Source: Octopus sinensis
Lineage: Eukaryota
Reading direction: 5' to 3'
Assembly (NCBI RefSeq): GCF_006345805.1
Contig: NC_042998.1
Span: 203,236,001-203,300,000, forward strand
Length of the DNA stretch: 64,000 nt
Below are positions 49,863-62,260 of this stretch, piece by piece. The notes under the pieces were generated by a model. The model was not told the DNA's origin. It did not search any database and saw nothing but the letters and a program-made list of their open reading frames with translations. Position 1 is the stretch's first letter, and the number at the start of each line of letters is the position of its first letter. A program made the translations under genes and the position numbers.

Positions 49863-50055
49863 CCCTTTTGTTACCTTATTTCTGTTGAGATGCTCTGTGT
49901 TTCTCTCAATTAATTTTAAATATAACAAAGAATTTCGTAAAATAACTTAGTCACAATTTATGTTCCTAACACTAGCTTAATGATAACTAAGGTTTGGAGG
50001 AAGATTTTAATTCAAAACTTATGAAAACAAGACATTTGTACTACAGAGCCAGAGC
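49863..50055. mobile_element. Second, truncated copy of the piggyBac-like MITE
   Basis: TTAA|cccttttgttac start; homologous body with only part of one 51-bp unit. Confidence 0.75.
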
Positions 50056-50869
50056 TGGTTGTGCTCTGCCACGGCTTGGCAACTGTTATTGGTGTGTTTG
50101 TGTCCCTCTGTAACTTAGCAGTTTGGCAAAAGAGACTGATAGAATACGTTCCAAGCATAAAAAATTTAAAAAAGGGCACTGGAGTTGATTCATTTGACTA
50201 AAACTTCAAAGCTGTGCTCCAGTATGGCCACAGACTGAAGCAAGTAGAAGATAACTGCACAATGTAACATTGCATTGTGCTCTTGGGAACACAGTTAGGG
50301 GTTTGGGTTTTGCCTCCAGAATAGTTAAGAGGGGCACAGGAGGGTGTAGGTGGAAGGGATTAACCAGGGCGGTGGTGGTGGTGGTGGTGGGGAAAATGGG
50401 GGTGAGGGCAGGTGGACAGGATAAAAACCCCAAAAGGGGATAAGGGAGGGCCTCAGCTCCCAGCCCTACCAATAACATCTATCTATTGTTTGTTTTTGCT
50501 TGGGTTCCTTTCATGTGGTGGAGGGGGTGGGGCGGAGGAGAAAAAGGGTTGGTAAGAGGGTGGAGGAGGCTGAAGTGAGAGAGGAGGTATTGAGGAAGGG
50601 GAGGTGAGGGTACATGCTGCTCTTTTTAAGTTCGTAACACAACTTCATTTGGTTGTGTGTGTCCCCCCCCCCATCCTTTGTAGGGGAGAGTAAATATATA
50701 CAAAAGTAGGGTGCAAAGGAAAGAAAGAATGAGGTAATGAAGTGAGAGGGGGGGTGAAAAAATCCGAGAAAGAAGAATAGAGAAGGTAGGAGGGGATAAA
50801 GGAGTGGAAGGAGGAGGAGGATGAACAGAAGGTACAAGTGGGGGGGGGGTGAATTTCACTCCATTTCAT

Positions 50870-51343
50870 TGTTTACTTGCTTCAGTCATTAGACTGCGGC
50901 CATGCTGGGGCACAGCCTTGAAGAATTTTTAGTCGAATGAATCGACCCCAGGATTTATTTTCTTTTTAAGCCTCAAACTTATTCAACTGGTTTCTGTCAC
51001 CAAATTGCTAATTTACAGGGATGTAAACACACCAACACTGGTTACCAGGTGATGGTAGAGGACAAACACACATGTATATACACACACACACACATGTATA
51101 TACACACACACACATGTATATACACACACATATGTATATATATATATATATATACACACACACATGTATGTATATACACACACATACAACAGGCTTCTTT
51201 CTGTTCCTGTCTACCAAATGTATGCAGAAGGCTTTGGTTGGCCCGAGGCTATAGTAGAAGTCACTTGGCCAAGGTGCCGTAGAATGGGACTGAACTAGGA
51301 ACCATGTGGTTGGGAAGCAAGCTTCTTACCACACCTGCACCTC
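50870..51343 (-). mobile_element. SINE family A in HLCS last intron
   Basis: Reverse copy with an expanded (CA/TA) centre; a plus-strand 3' half lies at ~50075-50245. Confidence 0.8.
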
Positions 51344-51682
51344 TAAAAAGTCTTGATCTCTTTAAATTCTCTTTGCCTGTAGAGGATGTCTTACAATTTA
51401 CCAACGAAGAATTGAGACAAGCTTCATATAAGAATGTATCGTTGCTATTATGCAAAAGTGTCGTAAGTCCAAAACATTGCTTTTTCAGAAAACGAAAGAA
51501 ATAGAGTCACCGTTGCATTTCTTTTTACATTAGCAACAGTTTCAGCTGAACAATAAATACTTTGTTGGCTGCATAAAATCATCACTCCATGCATCTATGA
51601 TATTCTCAGTCAGAAATATTTTTGCAAAACTGTCATATGTGAGTCTTACCATTCTTTTGCAAAATGCTAAACTGTTGTACTA

Positions 51683-52128
51683 CATCATCATCATCATTTA
51701 ACGTCCGTTTTTCATGCTAGCATGGGTTGGACGGTTCGACCGGGGTCTGGGAAGCTAGGAGGAGGCTGCACCAGGCTCCAGTCTGATCTGGCAGTGTTTC
51801 CACAGCTGGATGCCCTTCCTAACGCCAACAACTCTATGAGTGTAGTGGGTGTTTTTTACGTGCCACCAGCACAGGGGCCAGAGCAGGCTGGCAAAAGGCC
51901 ACGATCGGTTGGTGCTTTACGTGTCATCGATACGAATGCCAGTCAGGCGGTGCTGGCATCTGCCATGTTCGGACGGTGCTTTTTACATGCCACAGGCACA
52001 GGGGCCAGAGCAAGCTGGCAAACGGCCATGATCGGTTGGTGCTTTACATGTCACCAACACAGACGCCAGTCAGGCGGTGCTGGCATCTGCCATGTTCGGA
52101 CGGTGCTTTTTACGTGTCACTGGCATGG
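51683..52128 (-). mobile_element. RTE-related 3' tail element in HLCS intron
   Basis: Reverse complement of the tail seen at 43500-43679, with subrepeats. Confidence 0.8.
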
Positions 52129-52960
52129 GTGTCTTAATTACAATTTGATGATTTTCATATCTTGGCATCTGAAGCAGCTGGAGATACGATACTTTGACCA
52201 AAAGAACTGGCCCCAAAAAAGCAAAATTAAATATTGAAAAAATTGCATTTGGCCAAATTTGGACATACGACAGTTTAACATAATAGCAACGATATATATA
52301 TACACACAAATTTATGTGCAACTGAAGCAGTGTTAGTTTAAAACATCAATCTGTGTAGCATAATAAAAGCACAATCGTTGAAAGCCTGATATATGGTGAT
52401 ATTAGTCTTCAGATAGAATCTCTAATGGATGTACATTGGTAAATAACACAAAACTATATCAGAAGTAGACGTAAACGGTCCAGCGGTGGTGGTCGTGGTG
52501 GTATGGCTAGACATACATTTCTGCCTCTTTGGGCTTTGTCAGTAGCTTGCACTCACTGGCAACGACATGCTATGACAAAATCTGTCCTCAATGATACAGG
52601 AAAACAGCAATGTTATATATATTAGTCGAGATGAATTCCCTCTAACGATGTAATGTAATGGGTATACATCTGACCATTGCAACCCACACTGGACGTTGCC
52701 ACAACAACTAGGTTCTTACCATTCTACATATAAAGTCTTCTTCATTCCTTACCTTCCTTTCCTTCTTATTTCAGTTGCCCCTATTCTTGTGTATGTATGT
52801 GTGTATATTGGAAGGTTTGGAGATGATGTACAGGTATTACATATTAGAAGAAATGAGGTACTCAGAAATCTGGATGGTTTTCTGTTTACAGATATTTATT
52901 TGTATGTTACATGTTTTTATATATCATATATTAGCACTTTCGTGTGTGAATGTATACATA

Positions 52961-53008
<48 letters not shown>

Positions 53009-53265
53009 ATTTTATAGAAGGAGCTTCTATTTACTGTGGTTAACCCCGACTCAACCCGGGACCTACATATATACATATATATATATATACATATCTATGT
53101 TTGTGTGAGTGTATACATGTATATGTCTATATATATATATAGTTAATCAAATAGATCCTTTGAAAATAAAGAGTAACTGGATTTCAGATAAGTGCTCTGA
53201 ATATGAGAAATGTCTAAAACCTTGAAGAGATATTTAGAGATTCAATTAGAGCGATTATGTATTCG

Positions 53266-53771
53266 AGAGTAAAAAGTAGGGAAAAATTACATCATAAAAT
53301 CGCAGTAGAGATACGTCCATAATACAAACAATATTGTATTAATAAATGAATAGATAAAGCACAGCTATGGTCATTAAAAAAGATTTGAGAGATCTTACGA
53401 TCATTTCATGTCTATACAACCTTTAGGAATGAAATCCAAAGTTGATAACCATTATTAGGAAATATATCCACTCATTTAAACAACACCTTTATCACACGAT
53501 TTTAAATAGCATTTCCATCATTCGATTTACTACACTGAAATTCATCCTTTTCTCTAACGAGTGGATATATTTCCTAATCATGGTTATCAACTTTGGATTT
53601 CATTTCTAAAGGTTGTATGATTCATGAAACGATCGTAAGATCTCGTCAAGTCTTTTTAAATAATCATAGTTATACTTTATCTAGTTATTTATTAATACAA
53701 TATTGTTTATATTGTGGACGTATCTCTCTACACTGTGATTTTTATGATATAATTTTTCCTACTTTTACTCT
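53266..53771. repeat. Foldback element (~210-bp arms, 85-bp spacer) in HLCS last intron
   Basis: 53266-53473 is the imperfect reverse complement of 53559-53771. Confidence 0.9.
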
Positions 53772-53840
53772 GTAATATAATGTATAAGTCTATATATATA
53801 AATAAATGGAGTTTAAGGTAGGTGTAATTCAAATACTTTT

Positions 53841-53927
53841 ACTTCCGACATGTTTGGAAGATATCACTGGTATTATTCCAAAGGAATAAAATGGTGTAGA
53901 ACAATGTCATCATCTCTTCAGGGAAGT
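53841..53927 (-). ncRNA. Degenerate hammerhead motif in HLCS last intron (G12 replaced by C)
   Basis: Minus strand: stem I acttcc/ggaagt, CTGAAGA, long stem II, CAAAC-AT-GTC with palindromic ACATGT. Confidence 0.5.
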
Positions 53928-54162
53928 GAAGAAATGAAACTCGTCATTAAGACATTTTAAAAGAAAATGAAGGATATATCTAGTGATTAACTGAACGCTA
54001 TTAATATTGTTTGAACAAAATGTTATATGATATAACGTCAGAGTTAGCCTATAAAAAGAGGAGGGATAAATTAAGGAAAAGCTAAATAAATGAGAAGTAT
54101 ATGACTATATGTATGTTAAATAAAACTTTATAGACTAGGAAAATATATTTTTTTGGTGAATA

Positions 54163-54556
54163 TCTATATATATAAAAGTGAGGTTGTGTGCTGTCTGTCT
54201 CCTAAGATTTAGATTCCTAACTACTCCCACATTTTGCGGTGCAGTTTAACCAAATCTGTGTATCTTATAGTCGTGATTCATATCGAGCCGTTCTGGGTAT
54301 TAGCGCGCGTCTACGATGAGTCTATGATTTAAAAAAAAATTTACCATAATTTTTTTTCCATTTTAATGCATTTTTTTCGCTATTATATAAGGGAAGTAAC
54401 TCTCTAAAAATATCTACGATGAGTCAACGATTTAAAAAAAAAAATTTACCATCATTTTTTTTCCATTTTTAATGCATTTTTTTGCTATAACTCTCTAAAA
54501 ATGCTTATATAGTTATTTCCCTTACAAACCCGAGCAACGCCGGGCGATACTGCTAG
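54163..54556 (+). mobile_element. Non-autonomous Helitron (same family) in HLCS last intron
   Basis: A|TC ... cccgagcaacgccggg ... CTAG|T; high similarity to 1577-1973. Confidence 0.85.
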
Positions 54557-54870
54557 TATATATATAAAAAGAAAATTAATGTTTCTGCTAATAGCACCAA
54601 GTCATCAGTGTTGGTCACATTTAGAAAACATCCGCTTAGAAACTCTTACAAAGCAGACACTGCCATCCTCTGGCTCATCAGATTCTGTCTGAAGAGAAGA
54701 CAAATGTTAAATGATGATGAGGATGGGGGGATGCAGGTGTGACTGTGAGGTTGAGAATTTCACTTTGCAAACATGTGGCTTTCAGTTTGATTCCAATAAA
54801 CTTAGGTTGACCAATGCCATGTGAGTGAATTTGATCGACAGAAACTGCAGGAAGCCTATGCATATACATA

Positions 54871-55171
54871 CCGATGCCAGTGCCGCCTCGATGTCAGCGC
54901 CGCCTTGGCTGGCTTCCGTGCCGGTGGCACGTTAAAAGCACCAACCGATCGTGGCCGATGCCAGACCCCCCTGGCACCTGTGCAGGTGGCACGTAAAAAG
55001 CACCCACTACACTCGCGGAGTGGTTGGCGTTAGGAAGGGCATCCAGCTGTAGAAACACTGCCAGATTTGACTGGCCTGGTGCAGCCTTCGGGCTCCTCAG
55101 ACCCCAGTTGAACCGTCCAACCCATGCTAGCATGGAAAGCGGACGTTAAATGATGATGATGATGATGATGA
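54871..55171 (+). mobile_element. RTE-related 3' tail element in HLCS intron
   Basis: Same tail plus (ATG)n; ends ~170 nt from the exon donor. Confidence 0.8.
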
Positions 55172-55339
55172 TTCAGGTCACTGCCTGGAATTAAACTTGG
55201 AATGTTGGGGTTAGTAGCCTGCGCTCTTAACCACTATGCCATATGCCTGTGAGCATATGGTGTAATGGTTATCCGTCAAATGTAAATAATTCCTCATCTC
55301 TTAAATATAGAACTATATGAAAGAATTTGTTCCACGCAC

Positions 55340-55553
55340 CTGTGTAACCAGTATTGGTAGTAGAGCTGCTGGAAATCTTCATGACCTTTGGTATTGAATC
55401 GACCAATCAGTTCTTCTATGATGGTCACAGTTCGAGCAATCAGCTGGTCTTTATTCAGCGGTGCCAGATGTTTACCATTCTCAATGTTGTACTCGTGTAT
55501 CAAATCGTTGATGCAAAATGTGGGTTTGCTGTTCTCCACATTGAAACCACAAC
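55340..55553 (-). CDS. HLCS: Holocarboxylase synthetase (biotin-protein ligase), penultimate coding exon, 214 nt
   Basis: Translates (G)CGFNVENSKPTFCINDLIHEYN...LIARTVTIIEELIGRF...LYYQYWLH(R), matching human HLCS as recalled (GCGFNVTNSNPTICINDLI...LIARVV...YYRYWVH). Acceptor ttttttcgcag| before 55553 and donor AG|GTGCGT after 55340; phases 1/2 fit the next exon. Confidence 0.93.
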
Positions 55554-55942
55554 CTGCGAAAAAAAAATTTAAAATCCGTTGTTAAATATAAATTTCTGGA
55601 AGTTTATGAAATAAATTAAATATCAAAAGATGTAGGCATGGAGCTGTGAGCTTAAGATGTCCACTTGAAACAGCATAGTTCCGGGTTCAGTCCCACTGAG
55701 TGGCACCTTGGGCAAGTGTCTTCTGCTATAGCCTTGGGCTGACCAAAGCTTTGTGAGTGAATATGGTTGAAGGAAACTGTGTGGAAGCCTGTGCCAGTGC
55801 TGCTTTGATGTAAGCTAGTGGCACGTAAAGAACACCGAATCCACACTCTGTGAAGTGGTTGGTATTGGGAAGGGAATCCAGCCAGAGGAACCATGCCAAA
55901 ACAGACAACTGGAGTCTGGACAACTTCCTGGCTGGTCATCAG

Positions 55943-56150
55943 CATCATCATCATCAATTAATGTCTGTTGTCCATGCTGGCATGAGTTGGACGGTTTGAC
56001 CAGGACTGGTAAGCTGGAAGGCTGCACCAGACTCCATTCTGATTTGGTATGGATTTCTGTGATTGGATGCCCTTCCTAACGCCAGCCATTCTGGGAGTGT
56101 AAAGGGTGCTTTTACGTGCCATTTGCATGGCACCAGTATCTGCCACAACT
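55943..56150 (-). mobile_element. RTE-related 3' tail element (diverged)
   Basis: catcatcatc...ccatgctggcatgagttggacgg...ggatgcccttcctaacgcc. Confidence 0.7.
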
Positions 56151-56439
56151 GCGATTCTGCTCGGCTTGATGGGTCTTCTTCTCAAGCATGATATGATACC
56201 AAAGGTCTTGGTCATTGCCTCCATAAGGCCCAACACTTGAAAGGAACTCAGCCACTTTGTCTCCATGAGATCCAGCTCCTGTCAAATCATCCAACTCATG
56301 ACAGCATGGAAAACAGATGTTAAACATCATCAATGATATACAAGTGTGTGTGTGTGTGTGTGAGAGAGAAGGCACATGGCTTAGTGATTAGTGTTCTGGT
56401 GGCACATTGTGCCATTGAGTAAGATGCCTTATTTCGCAT

Positions 56440-56636
56440 TGCTCCAGTCCACTCAGATGGCAAAACAGGAGTTGCGCCTGCAATTCAAAGGGGCCAGCCA
56501 TGTAACATTGTGTCATGCTGAATCTCCCTGAGAACTACGTAAAGGGTACATGTATCTGTGGAATGCTCAGCCACTTGCATGTTAATTTCATGAGCAGGCT
56601 GTTCCCCTGATCAGATCAACTGGAACCCTCATCGTA
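56440..56636 (+). mobile_element. SINE family C fragment
   Basis: aattcaaaggggccagcc...aagggtacatgtatctgtggaatgctcagcc. Confidence 0.7.
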
Positions 56637-57101
56637 CCAGTTATATGTGTGTCTGGGTCTATTTGTTCCTCGTACACACACCACTTGATAAACGGTGTTG
56701 GTTTGTTTATGTTCCAGTAACTTAGACATCCAGCAAAACAAACCAACCAAAAGAACAAATACCATGCATAAAAAAAGAAAAATAAGGCCTGGAGTTAATT
56801 TGTTTGGTTGAACCGTTTGAGGTGGTGCTCCAGAATGACCTCAGCCCAACAAATGAAACAAAAGAAGAGATAGCATTTGTAAAGTGCAATTTAACCTCAA
56901 AACCCATATTGCAACAAAGAACCCGTATTTAGAACTCTATGAGTATTTCTATTCATGGATTGTCTACATTACATATTGGTTTCTAAGATCCTCTCCAGAA
57001 CACTCCAGCCTGGATTTAATAACAATCTCAGAAACAGTCTCTCGTTAGAAAATTACTATTTTAAAATCTAACGACGAGAGATATTCGGCAACAGTACTTA
57101 G

Positions 57102-57358
57102 GAGTAAAGACTGTTTGCCAATATAACATGGCAGTCCTGGTTTAGGACTCATGTCGCTGTAATTTAGCCCCGGGAGACATTGTCTCCACCTGGCTATACG
57201 ACAGGATTTGCGTCCTATTATATATATATTTTTTATATATAATAGGACACAGATCGTGTCATATAGCAAAGTGGAGACGATGTTTCTTGGGGTTAAATTA
57301 CAGCAACATTCATCCTAAACCAGGACTGCCATGTTATGTTGGCAAACAGTCTTTACTC
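57102..57358. repeat. Near-spacerless 257-bp palindromic MITE in HLCS upstream intron
   Basis: gagtaaagactgtttgccaa...gtcctattatata is mirrored around an AT-rich centre. Confidence 0.9.
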
Positions 57359-57362
57359 TAGT

Positions 57363-57764
57363 CTCTTACTCTTTTGCTTGTTTCAGGCATTTGACTGCGG
57401 CCATGCTGGAGCACCACCTTTAGTCGAGCAAATTGACCCCGGGACTTATTCTTTGTAAGCCCAGTACTTATTCTATCAGTCTCTTTTGCCGAACCGCTAA
57501 GTGACGGGGACATAAACACACCAGCATCGGTTGTCAAGCGATGGTGGGGGGACAAACACAGACACACAAACACACATACATATATATATACATATATACA
57601 TGATGGGCTTCTTTCAGTTTCCGTCTACCAAATCCACTCACAAGGCATTGGTCGGCCCAGGGCTATAGCAGAAGACACTTGCCCAAAGTGCCACGCAGTG
57701 GGACTGAACCCGGAACCATGTGGTTGGTAAGCAAGCTACTTACCACACAGCCACTCCTGCGCCT
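57363..57764 (-). mobile_element. SINE family A
   Basis: Full-length reverse copy. Confidence 0.92.
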
Positions 57765-58085
57765 ACACTCTTGTGTATTATTTATTTTCTAAAATAAATT
57801 TAAAATGTTTTTTTTAGAAATTTCCATCTTACCTTCTTCTGATGGGTGTTGGCAGTTAAAAAGGACGAAACCAGAAACAAAATGAAACGCATAGGGTTTA
57901 GGTTCATTGATTTCATTATACAAACGGAGGAAATAATTAACCAAAAAATCGGGATATAGATTTAATCCTCTGCTGGATTTAACACCAGCAGAGGGCCTCC
58001 TTTAGGTATCTTTAACCCTTTCATGTTTAAACTGGCCAAATCCAGCCTCTCACACCTACCCTACAATGTCATTCTAAAAATAGTC

Positions 58086-58456
58086 GGTGTGTGGTAAGTA
58101 GCTTGCTGGCCAACAACATGGTTCTGGGTTTAGTCCCACTGTGTGGCACCTTGGGCAAGTGTCTTCTACTATAGCCTTGGGCTGACCAAAACCTTGTGAG
58201 TGGATTTAGTAGATGGAAACTGAAGGAAGCCTGTCGTATATATGTATATGTGTTTGCCCTCCACCCCCACCCCAACATCGCTCGGCAACCGATGCTGGTG
58301 TGTTTACGTCCCCATAACTTAGCAGTTCGGCAAAAGAGACTGATAGAATAAGTACTAGGCTTACAAAGAATAAGTCCTGGGGTCGATTTGTTTGACTTAA
58401 AGGTGCTCCAGCATGGCCACAGTCAGATGACTGAAACAAGTAAAAGAATAAAAGAA
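58086..58456 (+). mobile_element. SINE family A
   Basis: Nearly full-length copy. Confidence 0.88.
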
Positions 58457-58705
58457 TGTCAGGAAAATTTCAATGCAATGAAATAATTCCTGATTACACT
58501 CTTGGAGTGGTTGGCATTAGGAAGGGCATCAAGCCATAGAAACCATGCTGAAACAGACTGGAGTCTGGTGCAGCCATCCAGCCTTGCCAGCCCAGTCAAA
58601 CCATCCCACCAATTCTTGCATTCATCCTCCTCCTCATCATTTAACGCTCGTTGTCCATGCTAATAAGCAGCACATTTAACAGAATGGTCGGAATGCTACA
58701 GGGTT

Positions 58706-59086
58706 ATAATAATAATAATATAATAATAATAATAATAAAATATTGTGTACAGTGCTCAGGTGCTCAACAACTCATCTAAAGTGTATGTAAAGTACGTAGG
58801 GTAATGTACAAGCGTCAGGAGAAGGACAGTGCATGAGTCATGACATACACATATGTGTATGAGTATGGAAGGGGGACAATCAGGTGTGGTTTCGGCGGAT
58901 TTCGGAAAGCATGAGGGCCTTAAAGGATGCAGTGTCATGGCAGTCAACAACTGACGCAGGCAGGTTGTTCCATGCTTCAGCAACTCTGAGCGTGAAAAAT
59001 GTTTCCGAAAGTCATGGGTGCTGTGCTGTTTTCTGACTTTGTAGGCATGTCCACGTGTGTTAGACACATGGAGATCAAAAAGGTGT
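58706..59086 (-). mobile_element. LINE 3' end fragment (CR1/L2-like)
   Basis: RGHAYKVRKQHSTHDFRKHF plus a shifted frame RVAEAWNNLP; (TTA)n tail at the left. Confidence 0.7.
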
Positions 59087-59357
59087 TAAGCCCTGTTAAT
59101 ACCCACTCGAGACTGCCTCTGGTTCTAGGATACAAACTTCATGTTTATAATGAACTAAATTAAAAATACCTTAATTAATTGGAACAAAGGCGGTGATTTA
59201 AATAGAAATAAAGCAACACAAGTTAGAAACTCCTGTAGAGTTGTAGATTCATCTCATCCCCTCAGGAGCCCTAAAAGGGGTCAAAGACATTATCCTCTCT
59301 CTTCTAGTTTAATCCACAAGATCTGATCCAAGAATAAATGTAAAAGGACATTTCTCT

Positions 59358-59675
59358 AGGCGTGGCTGTGGGGCAACGAGTTTGCTTCCCAACCACATGG
59401 TTCTGGGTTCAGTCCCACTGCATCACACCTTGAGCAAGTGTCTCAAATGTTACCCTCAGCCTTGTAAGAGGATTTGGCAGATGGAAACTGTAAGAAGCCC
59501 ACTTTGCGTGTGTATTTACATCCTCGTAACTTAGCAGTCCAGCGAAAGAGATCAATGGAATAAATACCAGGCTTAAAAAATAAGTCCTGGGGTTGATTCA
59601 TTGACTAAAAATTCTTCAAGGCAGTGCCCCAGCATGGCCACAATCTGATGACTGAAACAAGTAAAATGATAAAAG
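59358..59675 (+). mobile_element. SINE family A, degraded
   Basis: Head and tail homology. Confidence 0.75.
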
Positions 59676-60256
59676 ATGTGTGAATGTGTATCATATGCAT
59701 CCGTGTGTGTGTGTGTGTGTGTATTAGTGTAACTGTGAGTGTTTGCGTGTGTGTAACCCAGAAACACGGTTGTTTTTTCTCCCCATTGTCTGTAAAAAAC
59801 AACAACAAACAAATAATTGCTCTATTTTGAGGGGTCACTAAAACGACTGAAAGACTAAACATCTACATTATTGTTTTTCGAATCACAACGTAAATTAAAA
59901 GTCAGTGGAGCGTATCTCATATGTGAAAAGGTGAATTAGAGTTTTTGGTGTTTTCTCTCATCAAAAGGTAATTCATTTCTCCATTTTCTCTGTTGATATC
60001 AAAATGTGATTATCCGTTGATTCTTTGATGACAGAATCGGTGTAGAAATATCTACAGATAAATAGGGAAGGTGGGGGTGTCTTTGTTACTCCATTGCTCT
60101 TTCTCTCTCTCTCTCTCTCTCTCTCTGGGTTTCTGCATCTGTGTGTGTCTGTGCTGCTCTGACCCTCTCTCTCTTTTTTTCTGGTTGTATATTGAAAAAA
60201 TTCATTTCTAAACCACATGGTTCCAGGTTCAATCCCATACTGTGGGCACCATAGGC

Positions 60257-61133
60257 ATTTGTCAGGTCTTTGCAGTCACAGCATATCTTAGACGTCTCGG
60301 TCTTTCGTCATTGACTCTGTGAGGCCCAACATGCCACCGGCACGGGTACAACAACTACAATATCCATTTGATTTTTATTTGATGTTGATGTACTTGATTC
60401 AATAGGTCTCCTCAAGCACAGCAGGTCATCCTACGATCCAAGGTAAGCACAGCAGGCCGTCCTGCAATCCAAGGCACTTTGGATGGGCTGGGGCTGCTAT
60501 GTGAAGCTGGTGCAGGAAACAGCCATGAACTCGCGTTATTTGTCAGGTCTTCATAGTCACAGCATATCTCCAGGGGTCTCAGTCTTTCATCATTGCCTCT
60601 ATGCAGCCCAACATTCGAAGATCATGTTTGACTACCTCATCCCATGTCTTCCTGGGTCTCCCTCTACCGCAGATTCCTTCCACTGTTTGGGAGTGGCACT
60701 TCTTCACACATCTCTCCTCATCCATTCGTAGTACATGACCATAGCAACGCAAACGTCTCTCCTGCATGCCACATCCGATGCTTCTTATGCCCAACATTTC
60801 TCTCAGGGTGCTTACACTCTGTCATGCATGCACACTGACAATACTCATCTAGCGGATCATGCCAGCTTCATTTCTTTCAAGCCTACGATTGTCCTCCGCA
60901 GTCACAGCCCATGTTTCACTGCTGTGAAGCATGTCAGTTCACACACATGCATCATACAGTCTACCTTTCACTCTGAGCGAGAGACCCTTTGTCACCAGTA
61001 GGGGTAGGAGCTTTCTAAACTTTGCCCAGGCTATTCTTATTCTAGTGGTAACACTCTCTGAGCATCCACTCCCACTACTAATTTGGTCACCTAGGTAGCG
61101 GAAACTATCAACTACTAGTTTCTTCCCCTGGAT
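60257..61133 (-). mobile_element. RTE-clade LINE 3' fragment
   Basis: FRYLGDQISSG...RIRIAWAKFR...KGRLYDACV and ERRLR(C)YGHVLRM...GRGRPRKTWDEVV, followed by 3' UTR. Confidence 0.88.
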
Positions 61134-61153
61134 AGATATATAATGTGTAAGTA

Positions 61154-61185
<32 letters not shown>

Positions 61186-61980
61186 CACTCATGTATATAT
61201 ACTAACACACATATTGATTGTGTGTATGTTGTGTATGTATGTATATATATATATACACACACACACATATCCATAGTGTGTGAGGATGGGGTGATAATCT
61301 TTTTTAAAGGATTAACAAGAACACTGTTCAATATATTTATATATTCTACTAATATAAAACTTATATTGAATTTTCCTTTCATTATCTTGTAAACACACAT
61401 AACCATTAGTATTAATACAAAGCCCTATATTAGATATTTTTCTTTATATAAATATATATATATTTACACACACACATACAAGCATGCATAATATATGTAC
61501 ACACACACATGTATATATAAGTATGTATACATATATATATATATATATATGTGTGTGTATAAGCAAAAATAATAATTCAGAAACATAATTTGCTAAAACA
61601 AAAGTGAAAGTAAAAAAACTGATAATGAAAAGAAAAAGCAAAATCTATTTCAGTAATTAGAATAAGGAAAATTGAAATTAAAAGGGGGGGGAGCAGGGAG
61701 GCAAGTAGGTGACAAGGGTCAGGAAGAGGGGATAGATATACAGAGCTGTATTAGAAGTGGCTGATGGGGACAGTGTGAGCGGGGGCCAGATAGGGGGTGG
61801 CAATATCGATGATAAAGAAAGGAGAGGAAGGACGGAGCTGGGAGTTAGGGGATTCGGGGCACACGTGCAAGCATATACAACACACACACACACACATACG
61901 TGCGTGTTTCTTGCTAAAGGCACCAATAATGCAGAAAAACAAAAGTTAATTTTCAATACTATTTGATAGTAACAATACTC

Positions 61981-62185
61981 CTTTCTACTATGGGTACAAG
62001 GTTTGAAATTTTGAGGGATTGGGTCCCTAGTCGATTACATCAACCCCAGTGTTTCACTGGTACTTAGTTTACTGAGCCTGATAGGATGAAAAGCAAAGTT
62101 GATTCTGGTGGAATTTGAACCCAGAATCTAAGAATGGAAGAAAATGTCAGTCAGCATTTTTTCCAGCAGAATAACCACTCAACCA
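61981..62185 (-). mobile_element. SINE family B, degraded
   Basis: Reverse homology to family B. Confidence 0.7.
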
Positions 62186-62226
62186 ACTTATAATAAGTCA
62201 AATGTTTTTGACTTATACACAAACAA

Positions 62227-62234
<8 letters not shown>

Positions 62235-62260
<26 letters not shown>

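Noticed and set aside
49078-49950. 290-aa ORF of KTRHLYYRARGGFSQVL repeats (and a 228-aa antisense ORF)
   Set aside because: The 51-bp unit is a multiple of 3 and happens to lack stops. It lies inside a MITE in an intron, with no splice or homology support.
50340-50860. G-rich tract as a functional G-quadruplex
   Set aside because: It is low-complexity purine-rich sequence like that at 26300-26600 and 63030-63170, with no evidence of function.
57967-57994. 10-bp perfect hairpin as a transcription terminator
   Set aside because: Eukaryotic intron, no U-tract; short hairpins of this size are expected by chance.
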